A stretch of DNA of 64,000 nt from Candidatus Gastranaerophilales bacterium (GCA_028277625.1 JANQFW010000135.1:9424-73423), one strand, 5' to 3'. Shown: positions 8,798 to 20,058, counted from the first letter of the stretch. Notes: generated by a model not told the origin, from the sequence alone. Translations and numbers: made by a program.

Positions 8798-9262
8798 ATG
8801 GAGATTTCTCTGATGCATTTTTACGTAAAAGACATTATGACAACAGATTTAATAACAATAAAACAAGATGACACCATAAGAAAATTAATAAAAACAATGA
8901 GCGATCAAGACGTCCTAGGTGTGCCGGTAGTGGACAGCGATGATTATATAGTTGGCGTGGTTAGTGCAGAAGATATTTTGAAAAACGAAAGCTCTAAAAA
9001 CTTTTATTATCAATATGCCGGAAAAAAATTAGACTTAAAAAACTTTAAAGAAGACTTTTTTGACCAAAATGTAGAAACAATAATGTCTACAGACTTATTT
9101 ACAGTTGAACCCGGTGAATCTATAAATGTAATGGCTAAAGTCATGTATGACAAAAGGATTCATCGCTTATTAGTTATTGAATATAATAAGCTGGTTGGTA
9201 TAGTAACAACTTTTGATTTATTAAAGCTAATAGCCTCAAGCGATACAGAGGTTATAGTATAA
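8798..9262 (+). CDS. CBS domain pair protein
   Basis: 154 aa with two CBS repeats (VKDIMTTDLITI...GVPVVD and VETIMSTDLFTV...RLLVIE..LVGIVTTFDLL). The start may instead be the ATG at 8813, which has GGAG 9 nt upstream. Confidence 0.85.
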   Translation: MEISLMHFYVKDIMTTDLITIKQDDTIRKLIKTMSDQDVLGVPVVDSDDYIVGVVSAEDILKNESSKNFYYQYAGKKLDLKNFKEDFFDQNVETIMSTDLFTVEPGESINVMAKVMYDKRIHRLLVIEYNKLVGIVTTFDLLKLIASSDTEVIV

Positions 9263-9267
9263 TTAAT

Positions 9268-10098
9268 TCAGCTTTTTACAGCACCTTGCGTTGAACCCTT
9301 CATAAAGTATTTTTGAAGGATAGTAAAAATCGTTATTATTGGCACCATAGAAATTATTGCACCGGCGGCAATATAGCGCCAATTTGCGCTGAAAATACCT
9401 TGTAAATGATTTAATCCAACAGGCAAGGTATACATTTCTTGCTTTGTGAGGATAATACTTGGCCATAAAAATTCGCTCCAACTACCTACAAAAGTAAATA
9501 TCGCTAAAGTAACTATTGTAGGAACTGTAAGTGGAAGTAAAATTAGCCGCCATAAGCTGAAGGAATTGCATCCGTCTATAATTGCTGCTTCTTCTATTTC
9601 TTTTGGGATAGCCATAAAGGCTTGTCTCATTAAAAATATTCCAAAAGCATTTACTGAAAAAGGCAATATCAGCCCTGCATATCCTGCCATATTAGATACT
9701 GAATCTACTAAGTTTAGTCTTAGTGTCATTAAGTAAACAGGTATCATTATTACTTGAAATGGTATCATTATTGTAGCCAGTACTGCATAAAATATAAGCT
9801 TTTTTCCTTTGAACTGCATTTTTGCAAGAGGATATGCAGCTAAAGAAGATAGCAAAATATTTAATATAATAGTAAATAACGAAACAATAAAGCTGTTTGC
9901 CATATATTTGTAGAATGGTACAGAATTCCATACATTAATAAAGTTTTGAAAAGAAGGTAGCTCTGGAATTAAAACAGGGGGGTAGCTAAATATATTTTCC
10001 GCAGGAGATTTTAAAGCAGTAGATAGCAACCATAAAAATGGCCCTATAGAAATAATCGCTAAAATACTTAGAAATATATAAGATAAAATTTTATTCAA
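9268..10098 (-). CDS. carbohydrate ABC transporter permease (MalG/UgpE-like)
   Basis: 276 aa, 6 TM. EAA loop EEAAIIDGCNSFSLWRLILLP. Confidence 0.88.
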   Translation of the reverse strand: MNKILSYIFLSILAIISIGPFLWLLSTALKSPAENIFSYPPVLIPELPSFQNFINVWNSVPFYKYMANSFIVSLFTIILNILLSSLAAYPLAKMQFKGKKLIFYAVLATIMIPFQVIMIPVYLMTLRLNLVDSVSNMAGYAGLILPFSVNAFGIFLMRQAFMAIPKEIEEAAIIDGCNSFSLWRLILLPLTVPTIVTLAIFTFVGSWSEFLWPSIILTKQEMYTLPVGLNHLQGIFSANWRYIAAGAIISMVPIITIFTILQKYFMKGSTQGAVKS

Positions 10099-10161
10099 GC
10101 TCTTCTCCTTTTTAACTTTATAAAGGTTTTCACCCTTTATGCCCCCCGTTAAGTTTTTTAA

Positions 10162-11034
10162 TTATATTTTTTCAAATTTTTTGTGTTCTAAAAATTTAAT
10201 ATTTAAAATAGAAAAAATTAGTGTAATAACAAGAAGCACTACCCCTGCTGCTGAGGCAAAACCCAGGTCAAGATTTTCAAAAGCTCGCTGGTATATATAG
10301 TATACGATTGTTTTGCTGGAATTTAGCGGGCCTCCTTTTGTCATAACATATATTTCTACAAATACTTTCATTGCAGAAATTGAACTTATAATGCTAACTA
10401 GAGCAATAGTAGGCTTTAGATGAGGTATGGTTATTAAAAGATGTTTATTTAAGCTGCTGGCTCCGTCAATGTCTGCTGCTTCGTATAAATCTTTTGGTAT
10501 GGTTGTTAAGGCTGCAAGGTATATCAACATATAATATCCAAGGCCTTTCCATACAGTTACTATCATTACAGAAAAAATTGCTATATTTGGGTCTGTTAGC
10601 CAACCTACGGCTGGCAATTGAACCAGGCTTATTAAATAATTTAAGATACCGCTATTTGCATATATCCATTTCCAGGCAATACCTGCCACTACAAGAGATA
10701 CAACTACCGGCAAATATATTATTAATTTGAATATATTAGTTCCCTTGATTTTTTGATTTACCACTATAGCAATAACCAAAGGTAATACAATTAGTGCCGG
10801 CACAACAATAAAAACGTAAAGAAACGTATTAAACAGTGTTTTCCAAAAAATAGGAGAATTAAATAGCTTGGTATAATTTGATAATCCTACCCAGTCTGGT
10901 GAATAGATATTTTGATAGCTTTTAAAGCTTAGTATAAAGGTTTCGATGAATGGAATGAAGAAAAATAAGCTTAAAACTATAAAAGAAGGTATTATAAATA
11001 AATATGGTGTTAGTACTTTATTATAAGTTTTCAA
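10162..11034 (-). CDS. carbohydrate ABC transporter permease (MalF/UgpA-like)
   Basis: 290 aa, 6 TM. EAA loop YEAADIDGASSLNKHLLITIP. Confidence 0.88.
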   Translation of the reverse strand: MKTYNKVLTPYLFIIPSFIVLSLFFFIPFIETFILSFKSYQNIYSPDWVGLSNYTKLFNSPIFWKTLFNTFLYVFIVVPALIVLPLVIAIVVNQKIKGTNIFKLIIYLPVVVSLVVAGIAWKWIYANSGILNYLISLVQLPAVGWLTDPNIAIFSVMIVTVWKGLGYYMLIYLAALTTIPKDLYEAADIDGASSLNKHLLITIPHLKPTIALVSIISSISAMKVFVEIYVMTKGGPLNSSKTIVYYIYQRAFENLDLGFASAAGVVLLVITLIFSILNIKFLEHKKFEKI

Positions 11035-11200
11035 CAGGAACTTCCCCTATGTGATTACTTTAAAAATTCATTAATGTTTGTAAATATTTTATTAAAATTT
11101 TTTGATTTTTCAAATAAATTTAATTACTTTGCTTTATTATATATTTTATCGAGTACATAAAAAAATATAATAAATTGTTGTTTATTAAAATTTTAATTGG

Positions 11201-11725
11201 TTGGGTTATGAGATGGCAACTATAGAAAAAAATAAAACAATAGAAACAAATCAGGTTGAGGATAGAAAATCAAGCAATAACACGAGTACAGATACTGAGC
11301 TTTTGAGTTTAACAAAAAAAATAACTTTAAATGGTAGTTTAGGCAAAAAGGCAATTGTCGCTAAAAGCTCTGTGCCTGAGTCGCATAGAAATATGGCTGA
11401 TAGCTATAGAATAATTAAAAAAATTTTTGGTAGCATAGTTATATTTTGTCCTTTAACCAGAAATGAAAAAGAACTTTTAAGTAAGTTTGACTTTAAAGCT
11501 TTGGAAGTTTCATCAGGAAAGGAAATTAAACGCGAGCTTGACTTATTGATAAAGTGGGCAAGTTCTATAAACTCAGAGTTAAGCTATGCTTCGGAAAAAA
11601 TAATAGAAATAAGATGTAAAGAATTAAAAAATATAATGACAAAAAGTTTTGCGCAAAGACCTAACGGTAATTTTGACGGATACAAACTTTTGGAAACCTA
11701 TTTTGAAAATATTTCAAAATATTAA
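11201..11725 (+). CDS. hypothetical protein
   Basis: Long ORF with no competing frame and no motif I recognise. The ATG at 11213 is an alternative start. Confidence 0.5.
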   Translation: MGYEMATIEKNKTIETNQVEDRKSSNNTSTDTELLSLTKKITLNGSLGKKAIVAKSSVPESHRNMADSYRIIKKIFGSIVIFCPLTRNEKELLSKFDFKALEVSSGKEIKRELDLLIKWASSINSELSYASEKIIEIRCKELKNIMTKSFAQRPNGNFDGYKLLETYFENISKY

Positions 11726-12001
11726 AAAGTAATCACTACAATAGTACATAATTTAAAGAGGAGACTCTATTTGAGAGGTTCTTCTTTAAATTATGTTACG
11801 CTATGTATCAAAACTTATTTTAAAATATAATAAAAAAATATTTACCTGCTTCACTCTTAAATTCTGCGTTTGCGTACTATATTTATATGATTCTTTGGCT
11901 GATTGCATAAAGAAATCTTGAATATTAGCGCATTATAATTTAACATTAAGGAATATTAAGGTGCAATTTAAAAACTTTTTGTTACTTCTTTAAAAGAAAT
12001 A

Positions 12002-14125
12002 TTGGGTGAAGAAATGGGTAGCAGGGGTACTGGAAGTAATTCAACAAAAAAAGCAGTTAAAAGTAATAAAGGAATGATATTACTTTTATTGATCGTGATG
12101 GGCGGTTTTTCTGCTCATTTTTATAAAAATACTGATGAGTTAACAGATTCAATTATTAATAAAGCCAAGAGCACTCTTGAAAGTGTAGTTAACACTAAAG
12201 TTGAAGTTAATTATGATAGAGATAAAGAGGATCTTGAATTTTTAAAAAGCAATGCTACTTTTGTAGCTAAGCTTACTGAAAAATGGCTGGATAAAAACCT
12301 AAAAGATCTTGAATTTTTGGCAAATAACGAGATTATTTCGTCAGCTTGCCCAAAAGGCTTTTTGTATAGGGAAAAAAGAACAGCTGCCAGTACCTTTTTA
12401 AGTGAGTTTAAAAGTTCTGTCAAACATGCTGAAATAGCCTTAATAATTAAAGACAATACAGTTATTGCGGATTCTGAAGATGAGCAACTATACTACAACA
12501 AAGTTACAGAAGAAGCATTTTGGACTGGAGTGATTCCGGGAGAGTCTGGCTATGTTAAGAGTAACAATATTTTATACAAAGATAAGCCTGTCTTGTTTGT
12601 ATATCATCCAATTAAAATTAAACCTGAGGGTAAAGAAGATGCTACTCCTACCCAGATAGCAACATTAGTTGTTGGTTATAGCTTAAACTCTTTTATTAAC
12701 GAATTAGCTACTGATTTTGACGGTAAAGCATTTATTATAAATACAAATAATAGAGTTGTAGCATCATCTTCTGAAAAAGAATTTTCTGTAAAAAATGTTG
12801 ATTCTTTTAATTGGAGTTCTGCTTATAAACAATTGATGTTTGAAAATAATCAGATTTTTACCTCTGAGGATCAGCATTTTATAGTTAATGATATTTTTGA
12901 TAATGCTTATAAGGTTTTAAACATATATAAAAAGCAGCAGCCGATAAATATTCAAGCAGAAAACAAGAATGAAACCATAAAGTTTAACTTTTACAAAAAA
13001 GATCAGTTAAATAATATTATTTTATGTTTTGCTTTATTAACGCTTATTATTGTTATTTTAAACATATTAAACTCTAAAAAATACTTAAAAAACATAGATA
13101 AGCTTACTTTTGATACTAAAAATATTATTAATAATAAATCTAGTGGCAATTTAAAAAAAATTAAATATTTAGAAGATTTGTCAGAATCAGTACAAAGCTT
13201 GTTAGATTCATTTAGAGCCCACGTTACTAAAGCTAAAAAGTCATCTTCTGTTATTGATGAGTCGTCAGATAGCATTTCACAAATTTCTGAAGATTGTATT
13301 CAGATTATTAATAACATACACAGCAGTATAGACAACTTGACTGTTAGCAATGAAGCGCACTCTAAAAGCTTTGAAAAAGCAAAAGAGCAGTTAAATACTT
13401 TAAAAGAAATTATTAGCTTAACAAATGAACATATCAAGACTTCTCTTTCTTGCTCAGAAAATGCTGGGGAGTCAGCTGATAAAGTAAAAAGTACTTTTGC
13501 TGATTTTAAAAAGACTATGACCAGCATTAAAGATGAAGTTGTACTCGCTACGGAAAAAGTTAATAAACTGGGCTCAAGATCTGAAGAAGTTACAAATATT
13601 GTAGATATTATTACAAATATTGCAGATCAAATAAATTTATTATCTTTAAATGCCGCAATAGAAGCTGCCAGGGCTGGTGAATCAGGTAGAGGTTTTGCTG
13701 TGGTTGCGGATGAAATTGGAAAACTTGCTGATGCATCTGCTAATGCTGCATGCCAAATTACCGGATTGATTAATGAAATAAAAAAAGAAACTGATCAAAC
13801 AGTAGCTGTTATGAAGAATAGTAATGATATTGTTGAAAAAGGCGCTAGCCTTGCGGAAGAGTCTACTGCTGTTACTAGTGAGATAATTGAGGCTGTTGAG
13901 CGCACTAAAACTTCTATAATTCAATTGCAAGGGACATCAAAAAAGGTTATTGACTGTACTAAAGACCTTGATAAATTTATTGTAGGTGTAGGCTCTAAGT
14001 CGAGGGAGACCGGTAATAAATTAAGTAATATAAGTAAAGAAACAAAGTCTGTTAAGACATCTGTCAATAAAATATCTAAGGCGGCTTCTCAAATAAAAGT
14101 TTTCACCAAAGAGATTGAACTATAA
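12002..14125 (+). CDS. methyl-accepting chemotaxis protein with periplasmic Cache-like sensor
   Basis: 707 aa. N-terminal TM, a periplasmic region of about 300 aa, a second TM, and the highly conserved signalling hairpin [32 protein letters not shown] likely alternative start is the ATG at 12014. Confidence 0.9.
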   Translation: MGEEMGSRGTGSNSTKKAVKSNKGMILLLLIVMGGFSAHFYKNTDELTDSIINKAKSTLESVVNTKVEVNYDRDKEDLEFLKSNATFVAKLTEKWLDKNLKDLEFLANNEIISSACPKGFLYREKRTAASTFLSEFKSSVKHAEIALIIKDNTVIADSEDEQLYYNKVTEEAFWTGVIPGESGYVKSNNILYKDKPVLFVYHPIKIKPEGKEDATPTQIATLVVGYSLNSFINELATDFDGKAFIINTNNRVVASSSEKEFSVKNVDSFNWSSAYKQLMFENNQIFTSEDQHFIVNDIFDNAYKVLNIYKKQQPINIQAENKNETIKFNFYKKDQLNNIILCFALLTLIIVILNILNSKKYLKNIDKLTFDTKNIINNKSSGNLKKIKYLEDLSESVQSLLDSFRAHVTKAKKSSSVIDESSDSISQISEDCIQIINNIHSSIDNLTVSNEAHSKSFEKAKEQLNTLKEIISLTNEHIKTSLSCSENAGESADKVKSTFADFKKTMTSIKDEVVLATEKVNKLGSRSEEVTNIVDIITNIADQINLLSLNAAIEAARAGESGRGFAVVADEIGKLADASANAACQITGLINEIKKETDQTVAVMKNSNDIVEKGASLAEESTAVTSEIIEAVERTKTSIIQLQGTSKKVIDCTKDLDKFIVGVGSKSRETGNKLSNISKETKSVKTSVNKISKAASQIKVFTKEIEL

Positions 14126-14316
14126 CACAAGTATAGGCTAGTTTCAATTCTTTCTTAAAGTAAGTCAACATATCTATTTAGAAACATTAATTTTTGTGTT
14201 AAATATTATAAATAAATGTCAATTTTTTAGCTTTAGTGCTTTAATACATATAGAATAAGCGAAATTTTTAGCTAACCGATAATACATTCAGAATAACTAG
14301 AGAAATCCAGGAGGGA

Positions 14317-14841
14317 ATGATGGTATCTATGATATCTAATAATATGGCAGGAGTAAAAAACCTAAAAGCCAATAATCAAGTAAGTACTCAAAAACAAAAC
14401 AGTCAACCATTAAGGTTTACCGGAAGTAATGATAGTGAATATAAAAACCCTGTAAGCAGAGGAACTGAAAGAACATTAGCAGCAGCTGGGGCCGCTGTAT
14501 TTAGTGGTATAGTTGGTACTATAGCAGGATTTGTAGCACACAACTGTTTGCAAGGTAAAAAGAATCCTAAAATGTTAGGAGCTGTTATTGGTGCTGGTGT
14601 TGGCTTAGCAACTGCTGCAGTTACTGTAACTTCTGCAATTTATAATGCTGGTGTTAACAGTTTTATTAAAAAGAAAAATATGGGTGTTTTTTCTAGAGAG
14701 AAATCTGTAGAAACTAATTTATCTGAGCAGATTGATAAAAACACAAAAAATCCTGAAGTACCTTTAAGAGACAATATTGATGATTACTTTAAGTATAAAG
14801 TTGGCAAAAACGGCAATGGAGTAGGATTATTTTCCTCTTAA
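14317..14841 (+). CDS. small two-TM membrane protein, paralogue 1
   Basis: 174 aa. It shares architecture and motifs with the next ORF: RFTG / YKNPVSR, two Gly/Ala-rich TM helices, then KKKNMGVFSREKSVE..EQIDK. Confidence 0.6.
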   Translation: MMVSMISNNMAGVKNLKANNQVSTQKQNSQPLRFTGSNDSEYKNPVSRGTERTLAAAGAAVFSGIVGTIAGFVAHNCLQGKKNPKMLGAVIGAGVGLATAAVTVTSAIYNAGVNSFIKKKNMGVFSREKSVETNLSEQIDKNTKNPEVPLRDNIDDYFKYKVGKNGNGVGLFSS

Positions 14842-14890
14842 GTATTGAATAAGCGAACGTTAATTTATACAAGGACTATATTGGATTATT

Positions 14891-15463
14891 ATGTCTTCAA
14901 TCTCAGCTCAACAACCAAACTTTATTAAAGCTTACCCAAAGCAAAACATTCAACGTGCTTTTACAGGCGAGACAAAAAAGTCTTTAAATAAAAAAGAAGA
15001 TTCTGGTCAAAAAAACCAAGAATATGAAAATCCTGTAAATAGAGTTGGAGAGTACTTTAATGCTATATCTAAAAGTATTTATAGGGCTGCCGGTGTAAGC
15101 TTTAGAACGTTTATACATGCTCTGGCATGCGGGGCGGGTAGTGATGATGATAATCCAATAATACACGCTGCTACAATCGGTTTGCTAGTTGGTGCTGCTA
15201 CATTCGTGTTTACACTGCCTTACAATATTTATAAGGCAAACATTGACTTCTTTAGGCGTAAAAAAGAAATGGATGTCTTTGTAAGAGAAAATAAAGCTGA
15301 ACAAACAATGTACGAGCAAATGGATGAAAAAATTAAGAATGGTGATACGAACCAAAAAGATAATTATATGAAACTTCGTATGGCCAGGTCCAAACCTGCT
15401 GACAGCCTAAAGAAAAATATCGGTTCTAGCGAATTTGCAAAAGGCTTTTTCCTTAGTGCATAA
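14891..15463 (+). CDS. small two-TM membrane protein, paralogue 2
   Basis: 190 aa. AFTG / YENPVNR, two TM helices, RRKKEMDVFVRENKAE..EQMDEK. Clearly related to 14317..14841. Confidence 0.6.
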   Translation: MSSISAQQPNFIKAYPKQNIQRAFTGETKKSLNKKEDSGQKNQEYENPVNRVGEYFNAISKSIYRAAGVSFRTFIHALACGAGSDDDNPIIHAATIGLLVGAATFVFTLPYNIYKANIDFFRRKKEMDVFVRENKAEQTMYEQMDEKIKNGDTNQKDNYMKLRMARSKPADSLKKNIGSSEFAKGFFLSA

Positions 15464-15477
15464 GCTATTTAAAAACT

Positions 15478-16266
15478 TTACAGGTTGCTAAAAAACTCTA
15501 ACATTTTAAAGGCTCTGGGACCATGACGACTAATAGAATCATTTTGCTCTTTTGTGAGTATAATAAACTTACCTTTTAAGTATTTCTTAAGGTATTTTGC
15601 CTCATTTGGACCTCTGGTGATAATAATATCAGGCTTTTGCATTGCAGCATACTCTAAACTTACAAGAGGAAAATCACTATTATAAAAATCAGTTATGTTT
15701 TTATGACCTGCTTTTGTGATAATATCGTGTACAAAACTTTTATTGCCGGCGGCTATAAACGGTTGTGTATTAACTACAAATAATATCTTTTTAGGCACCT
15801 TGGCCTTTGTTGTATTTGTTTTATATTCTATATCTTTTACTAAGCTCTCAGATGCTTTTAAATGATTAGTGATTTTTCCTATTTTTAAAATATTTGCTTT
15901 TATATCTTCTAAGTTTTCGGTTTTAAAATAAATAGGCTTAATGCCAACTACCTTAAGGTCATCAATTATCTGTTTCTGCATATTTAAGCATAATATGTAT
16001 TCTGCATTAAATTTAAGTATAGATTCTTTGTTTACCAAAAAGTAGCTGCCAACTTTAGGCTTGCTTTTAGCTTTTTTAGGATAATTAGAAAATAAAGTAA
16101 CTGCTTTTAGTTTGTCTTGTGCGTTTATTGCATAGAGTATTTCTGTTATGGCAGGTGATAAAGAAATATACGTGCCTTTTTCCGGCATGTATTTGTATGC
16201 TGAAGTGAATAATAATATTGCAATTAGTCCAATTTTATTTAATTTTAGGGTGCGCCAGAATTTCAT
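15478..16266 (-). CDS. btuF: periplasmic binding protein of a cobalamin/iron-chelate type ABC importer (BtuF-like)
   Basis: 262 aa with a signal/anchor segment. Class III SBP features (KPDIIIT, ISLSPAITEILYAI). Last gene of the riboswitch-controlled operon. Confidence 0.75.
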   Translation of the reverse strand: MKFWRTLKLNKIGLIAILLFTSAYKYMPEKGTYISLSPAITEILYAINAQDKLKAVTLFSNYPKKAKSKPKVGSYFLVNKESILKFNAEYILCLNMQKQIIDDLKVVGIKPIYFKTENLEDIKANILKIGKITNHLKASESLVKDIEYKTNTTKAKVPKKILFVVNTQPFIAAGNKSFVHDIITKAGHKNITDFYNSDFPLVSLEYAAMQKPDIIITRGPNEAKYLKKYLKGKFIILTKEQNDSISRHGPRAFKMLEFFSNL

Positions 16267-16960
16267 TATTAACTTCCACTACATTTATATTATAGTTATA
16301 GACATCTGTTAAGTTTTGAGATGAAAAAATCTCTTCTTGCGAGCCACTGCATACTTTACCCTTTCTGGAAACGGAAATAAAATAATCTCCGTACTTGGCA
16401 GCCAAGTTTAGATCGTGCATTACGCCTAATATCGATATATTTTGTGTTGTTAGTTGCTTAAGTATATCTAAAAGCATAATTTGATTAATTATATCAAGAT
16501 TTGAGCCTGGCTCATCAAGTATAATAAAGTCAGCTTTTGAAAGAAGACATAGGCCGGTGTTTGCAATCTGCAATTCGCCAGAGCTAAGCTGGTTCATTAG
16601 AAGATCTTTTTTATCTGCAATATTTAATTTATTTAAAATAAAATATATTTCATTTTCTTCTTTTTTTGAAAGGCTCCACTTCCAGTTAGAATCATAATAA
16701 ATAGAAGATAAATACTCAAAAAGCGTTATATCTTGGGGGTATGATGTATTTTGAGGTATTAATATTGTTTTGGTAAAACTATTTGAAAAAAGCCCTTTTG
16801 ATAATTTGGTAACCCCTCCTATTATATTTAGTAAGGAGGTTTTTCCTGAACCATTAGGCCCTAGCATAAGAGTGAATTTATTTTTAGGCAGTGAAATGTT
16901 AATATTATCCAGGAAAACTTGTTTGTTAAAACAGATTTGTCCGTTTTTTATGTTGATCAT
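16235..16960 (-). CDS. btuD: ABC transporter ATP-binding protein (BtuD/FecE-like)
   Basis: Walker A GPNGSGKTSLLN, signature LSSGELQ, Walker B FIILDEPGSNLD. Confidence 0.88.
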   Translation of the reverse strand: MINIKNGQICFNKQVFLDNINISLPKNKFTLMLGPNGSGKTSLLNIIGGVTKLSKGLFSNSFTKTILIPQNTSYPQDITLFEYLSSIYYDSNWKWSLSKKEENEIYFILNKLNIADKKDLLMNQLSSGELQIANTGLCLLSKADFIILDEPGSNLDIINQIMLLDILKQLTTQNISILGVMHDLNLAAKYGDYFISVSRKGKVCSGSQEEIFSSQNLTDVYNYNINVVEVNNEILAHPKIK

Positions 16961-17943
16961 AAGAACTTTTTTCCTTTTATCAAAATAAAAATAATAAATA
17001 AAGGGGCACCTAATATAGAGATTATTATACCAATAGGTAGCTCAGTTGGATAGACAACAGATCTGGCTACATAGTCAGATAATAAAATAAGGCTGGGTCC
17101 TAAGAGTAAAGCCGCAAAGAACAGCCATCTAAAATCCAGCCCAAATAATTGTCTGCAAATGTGAGGTATTATTATTCCAATAAAACCTAAAATCCCTGCT
17201 GCACAAACGCTAAGCGATGCTAAAGCAGATGATAGTACTAAAAATAATATATTATAGGTTTTTGACTTTGTGCTTATTGAGCTTGCAATATTATGATCTA
17301 GCCTTAAAAAGTTTAATTTTGGTGTTATATAAAGACAAAAGATCATTATCACCGCAAAAATTATGTATAGAGACTCATAAACAAATAGCGAACTGTTTAA
17401 ATTGCCCGACAAAATAAGGATCATATTATGTGCCTTATTTCTGTTTAGGAGGATTAATAGCGATATTATAGAGCTTATTAGCAAATTAACAGAAATACCT
17501 ACCAGCACAAGCTTTGCAAGGCTGAACCTATTAACCCCTACAAAGCAAATAACAAGTAAAGATACCAGCAAGCCGCCTGCAAATCCTAAAACAGGATAGT
17601 AAAAGGGCGAAATATCAAATAAAACTCCTAGCACCAAAGCAATACCAGCCCCTGCTGAAATGCCTGTTATATAAGGGTCTACTATCGGATTTTTGGTTAT
17701 GGTTTGCATGTACAACCCTGAGATAGCAAGACAGGAGCCTGCTATAATAGCCTTTATTGCCCTTGGCAGCCTGAATAATTCGATAATGTAAGCATTATCT
17801 GTTTGCACGCCAAGAAACCAATCGGTTAAATCTTTTAAGCTAATTGGCATTCCGCCGTACATAACAGATAAAAAGAGGCTGGCTAAGAATACTATTATAC
17901 ATATTGTTATCGTTATTACTTTTTTTTGCTGTATTTTTATCAT
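16957..17943 (-). CDS. btuC: FecCD/BtuC-family ABC permease
   Basis: 328 aa, about 9-10 TM. Typical FecCD segments (LRLPRAIKAIIAGSCLAISG, GIIGFIGIIIPHICR). Overlaps the ATPase gene by 4 nt. Confidence 0.88.
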   Translation of the reverse strand: MIKIQQKKVITITICIIVFLASLFLSVMYGGMPISLKDLTDWFLGVQTDNAYIIELFRLPRAIKAIIAGSCLAISGLYMQTITKNPIVDPYITGISAGAGIALVLGVLFDISPFYYPVLGFAGGLLVSLLVICFVGVNRFSLAKLVLVGISVNLLISSIISLLILLNRNKAHNMILILSGNLNSSLFVYESLYIIFAVIMIFCLYITPKLNFLRLDHNIASSISTKSKTYNILFLVLSSALASLSVCAAGILGFIGIIIPHICRQLFGLDFRWLFFAALLLGPSLILLSDYVARSVVYPTELPIGIIISILGAPLFIIFILIKGKKFL

Positions 17944-17996
17944 TTATAATAACTTAAAGTCCTTTAAAGTCTTAAATAAAAACTTTTATTCACCAC

Positions 17997-20024
17997 CTAT
18001 ACCTTATCAGGAGTAGATTTTTTCTTAAAATCAGGTAGATTAAACTTAACTTGCAAGCCTGTTAAAAAACTAATACCGGGGTGCTTGTATCCTTTGTAGA
18101 CTTCGTATCTATCGTTGAGGATATTGTTAAGCCTTCCCCATAAATAAACGTGTGCATTATCTACGCTGAATAATCTGACTCTTGAGCCCAGTGCCAGCTT
18201 AAAGAATCCACGTACTCTATCACCATCATTATTATAGGCCCTGCTTGATGCGGACGAGCCGGCAACAAAGATATTATATCTTTCTTTAGGAGAATATCCA
18301 AGCTTAAAATTAAATCTATTTCTTGGAACGCCTGCAATGTCGTTATTATTTAGGCCATTATTATTTGTTAAAGTGTGGCTGGCTAAGCCGTAAATACCTG
18401 ATAAAAAGTTAACTTTTAAAGTATTTTCAAATCCTGAGGTTTGAGCTCTTGAGATATTGTTATAAGTAGTGCCGCTCCAGCTTATTAAGTCAGTAAATTT
18501 ATTATCAAAATAAGCAAATTCGTAGTTAACTTTATCGTTAAATAAGCTTTGGATAATTCCAACATCCCAGCCACTACATTTTTCCGGTCTTAAATCAGGG
18601 TTGCCGGCGGGAGTACCAAAGAAAACACCACCAAACTGAAATGGGGTTGGGTAGTTAACAGAATACCCGTATGACGATCTTAACTTTGTATAAGAATCTT
18701 CTAAAAGAGGTGTTGGTAAAACTAAAGCACCTGATACATTTGGAGTGCCGTAAGTACCCCATTGTGAGTCCTCTATACCTGTGCCAGCTTTTATTATTAA
18801 TGTATCTTTTATATTGATTTTATTATTAAAGAACACATGGCCTGTTGTGTAGCTCCTTGAAAATCTATCATTATAAGCGAATAATCCATCGCCAAAAGAA
18901 TTTTGATTGAAGTTATTGTGCTCCAATGTATAACCAAAGGAAAATGTTTCTATGTCTTTATATCTTAAGTTGTGTTGTGTTGAAGCAATAAGCCTGTCGT
19001 TTCGTGATCTATTGTTATTATTACTAAAATCTACGCCATAGCTATCTACAAAGTCCTCAAAATAATTTTCAAAACCAACATAGCCGACTTTCAAATTATA
19101 ATCATAGCTATTAAAAGGCTTATGGCTAAATGTAGTTGTATTAATTATTTGAGTATTCTGACTTCTTGCATTAGGGTCAAATACAGTTGTACCCGCAAAA
19201 TAATTTTCGCTTATGCCTACGTTCTTTTTAGCTTCTATATACCTAAAGGTATTTCTAAGTTCTACGGTGTTATCAAATAGCCTTTTGCCTAAGTTAGCAG
19301 ATACAGTAAAGTTAGAGTAATCATCTCTTCTTGATTTACTATCCGAAGTAGTTATCATTCCTCCATTTGTATCAAGTCTTGATATTCCAATGTAATAATC
19401 TGCTGAGTTATTGCCGCCAGAGAATGAAGCATGTTCTTGAAAGGTAGCATATGTTCCAATTTTTTGCTCGTAGTTAATCTTTGGACGGCCATGGCCTCTT
19501 TTAGTGGTTAAACTTATTAAGCCGCCATGAGTGCTTTCTCCATGAATGCTTCCTTGAGGACCTTTTACTATTTCAATTCTTTCCAGATCATTATTTGAAA
19601 AATGAGTTAAATCCGCATAGCCATAGCTGGGATTATCAATTTTTACACCATCAAGGGTAAGGCCAACTCTGCTCCAGCCTCTAATTCTTATTGAACTTGT
19701 CATCCCGGCAGAGCCCAGGTCTTGTGTTGTAATACCTGTATGATCATCAAGGAGTTCATTTAAAGTAACTTTTTGGTCGTTATTAGCATCTTTTAAATTT
19801 ATAATTTCTACACTGCTTGTAGATGTTTTAATATCTTGAGGCATGTTATCTACACTATAAACCTGACAATCTTGTATTTTACCAAACTCAATAAATTTAC
19901 ACTGGTGCGTATCATGTGCATGAGGTTTAATATTATCTACACCTTCAGCAAATGACTGACCTATGCTTAATATGCTAAGTGCTGCTGCTGTTATTAAAAT
20001 CTTTTTCATATTTTTATTTTCCAT
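17997..20024 (-). CDS. btuB: TonB-dependent outer-membrane receptor, cobalamin-type by context
   Basis: 675 aa. Signal peptide, plug domain (DLERIEIVKGPQGSIHGESTHGGLISLTTKRG), long beta-barrel, and a cobalamin riboswitch upstream. The start could instead be the ATG at 20009 (MKKILITAAALS...). Confidence 0.88.
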   Translation of the reverse strand: MENKNMKKILITAAALSILSIGQSFAEGVDNIKPHAHDTHQCKFIEFGKIQDCQVYSVDNMPQDIKTSTSSVEIINLKDANNDQKVTLNELLDDHTGITTQDLGSAGMTSSIRIRGWSRVGLTLDGVKIDNPSYGYADLTHFSNNDLERIEIVKGPQGSIHGESTHGGLISLTTKRGHGRPKINYEQKIGTYATFQEHASFSGGNNSADYYIGISRLDTNGGMITTSDSKSRRDDYSNFTVSANLGKRLFDNTVELRNTFRYIEAKKNVGISENYFAGTTVFDPNARSQNTQIINTTTFSHKPFNSYDYNLKVGYVGFENYFEDFVDSYGVDFSNNNNRSRNDRLIASTQHNLRYKDIETFSFGYTLEHNNFNQNSFGDGLFAYNDRFSRSYTTGHVFFNNKINIKDTLIIKAGTGIEDSQWGTYGTPNVSGALVLPTPLLEDSYTKLRSSYGYSVNYPTPFQFGGVFFGTPAGNPDLRPEKCSGWDVGIIQSLFNDKVNYEFAYFDNKFTDLISWSGTTYNNISRAQTSGFENTLKVNFLSGIYGLASHTLTNNNGLNNNDIAGVPRNRFNFKLGYSPKERYNIFVAGSSASSRAYNNDGDRVRGFFKLALGSRVRLFSVDNAHVYLWGRLNNILNDRYEVYKGYKHPGISFLTGLQVKFNLPDFKKKSTPDKV

Positions 20025-20058
20025 TCCTTTTTATATATAATTAATCAACATAAATAAT

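Noticed and set aside
11970-11988. The AAAAACTTTTTGTTACTTC motif shared with 21654-21672, considered as an independent regulatory motif.
   Set aside because: On closer alignment both occurrences are the A/T-rich tail of the dispersed repeat family (compare ACAAAATTTTCATTC and AAATTTTTAGTACCTT in copies B and C). I folded this into the repeat-family finding rather than reporting it separately.
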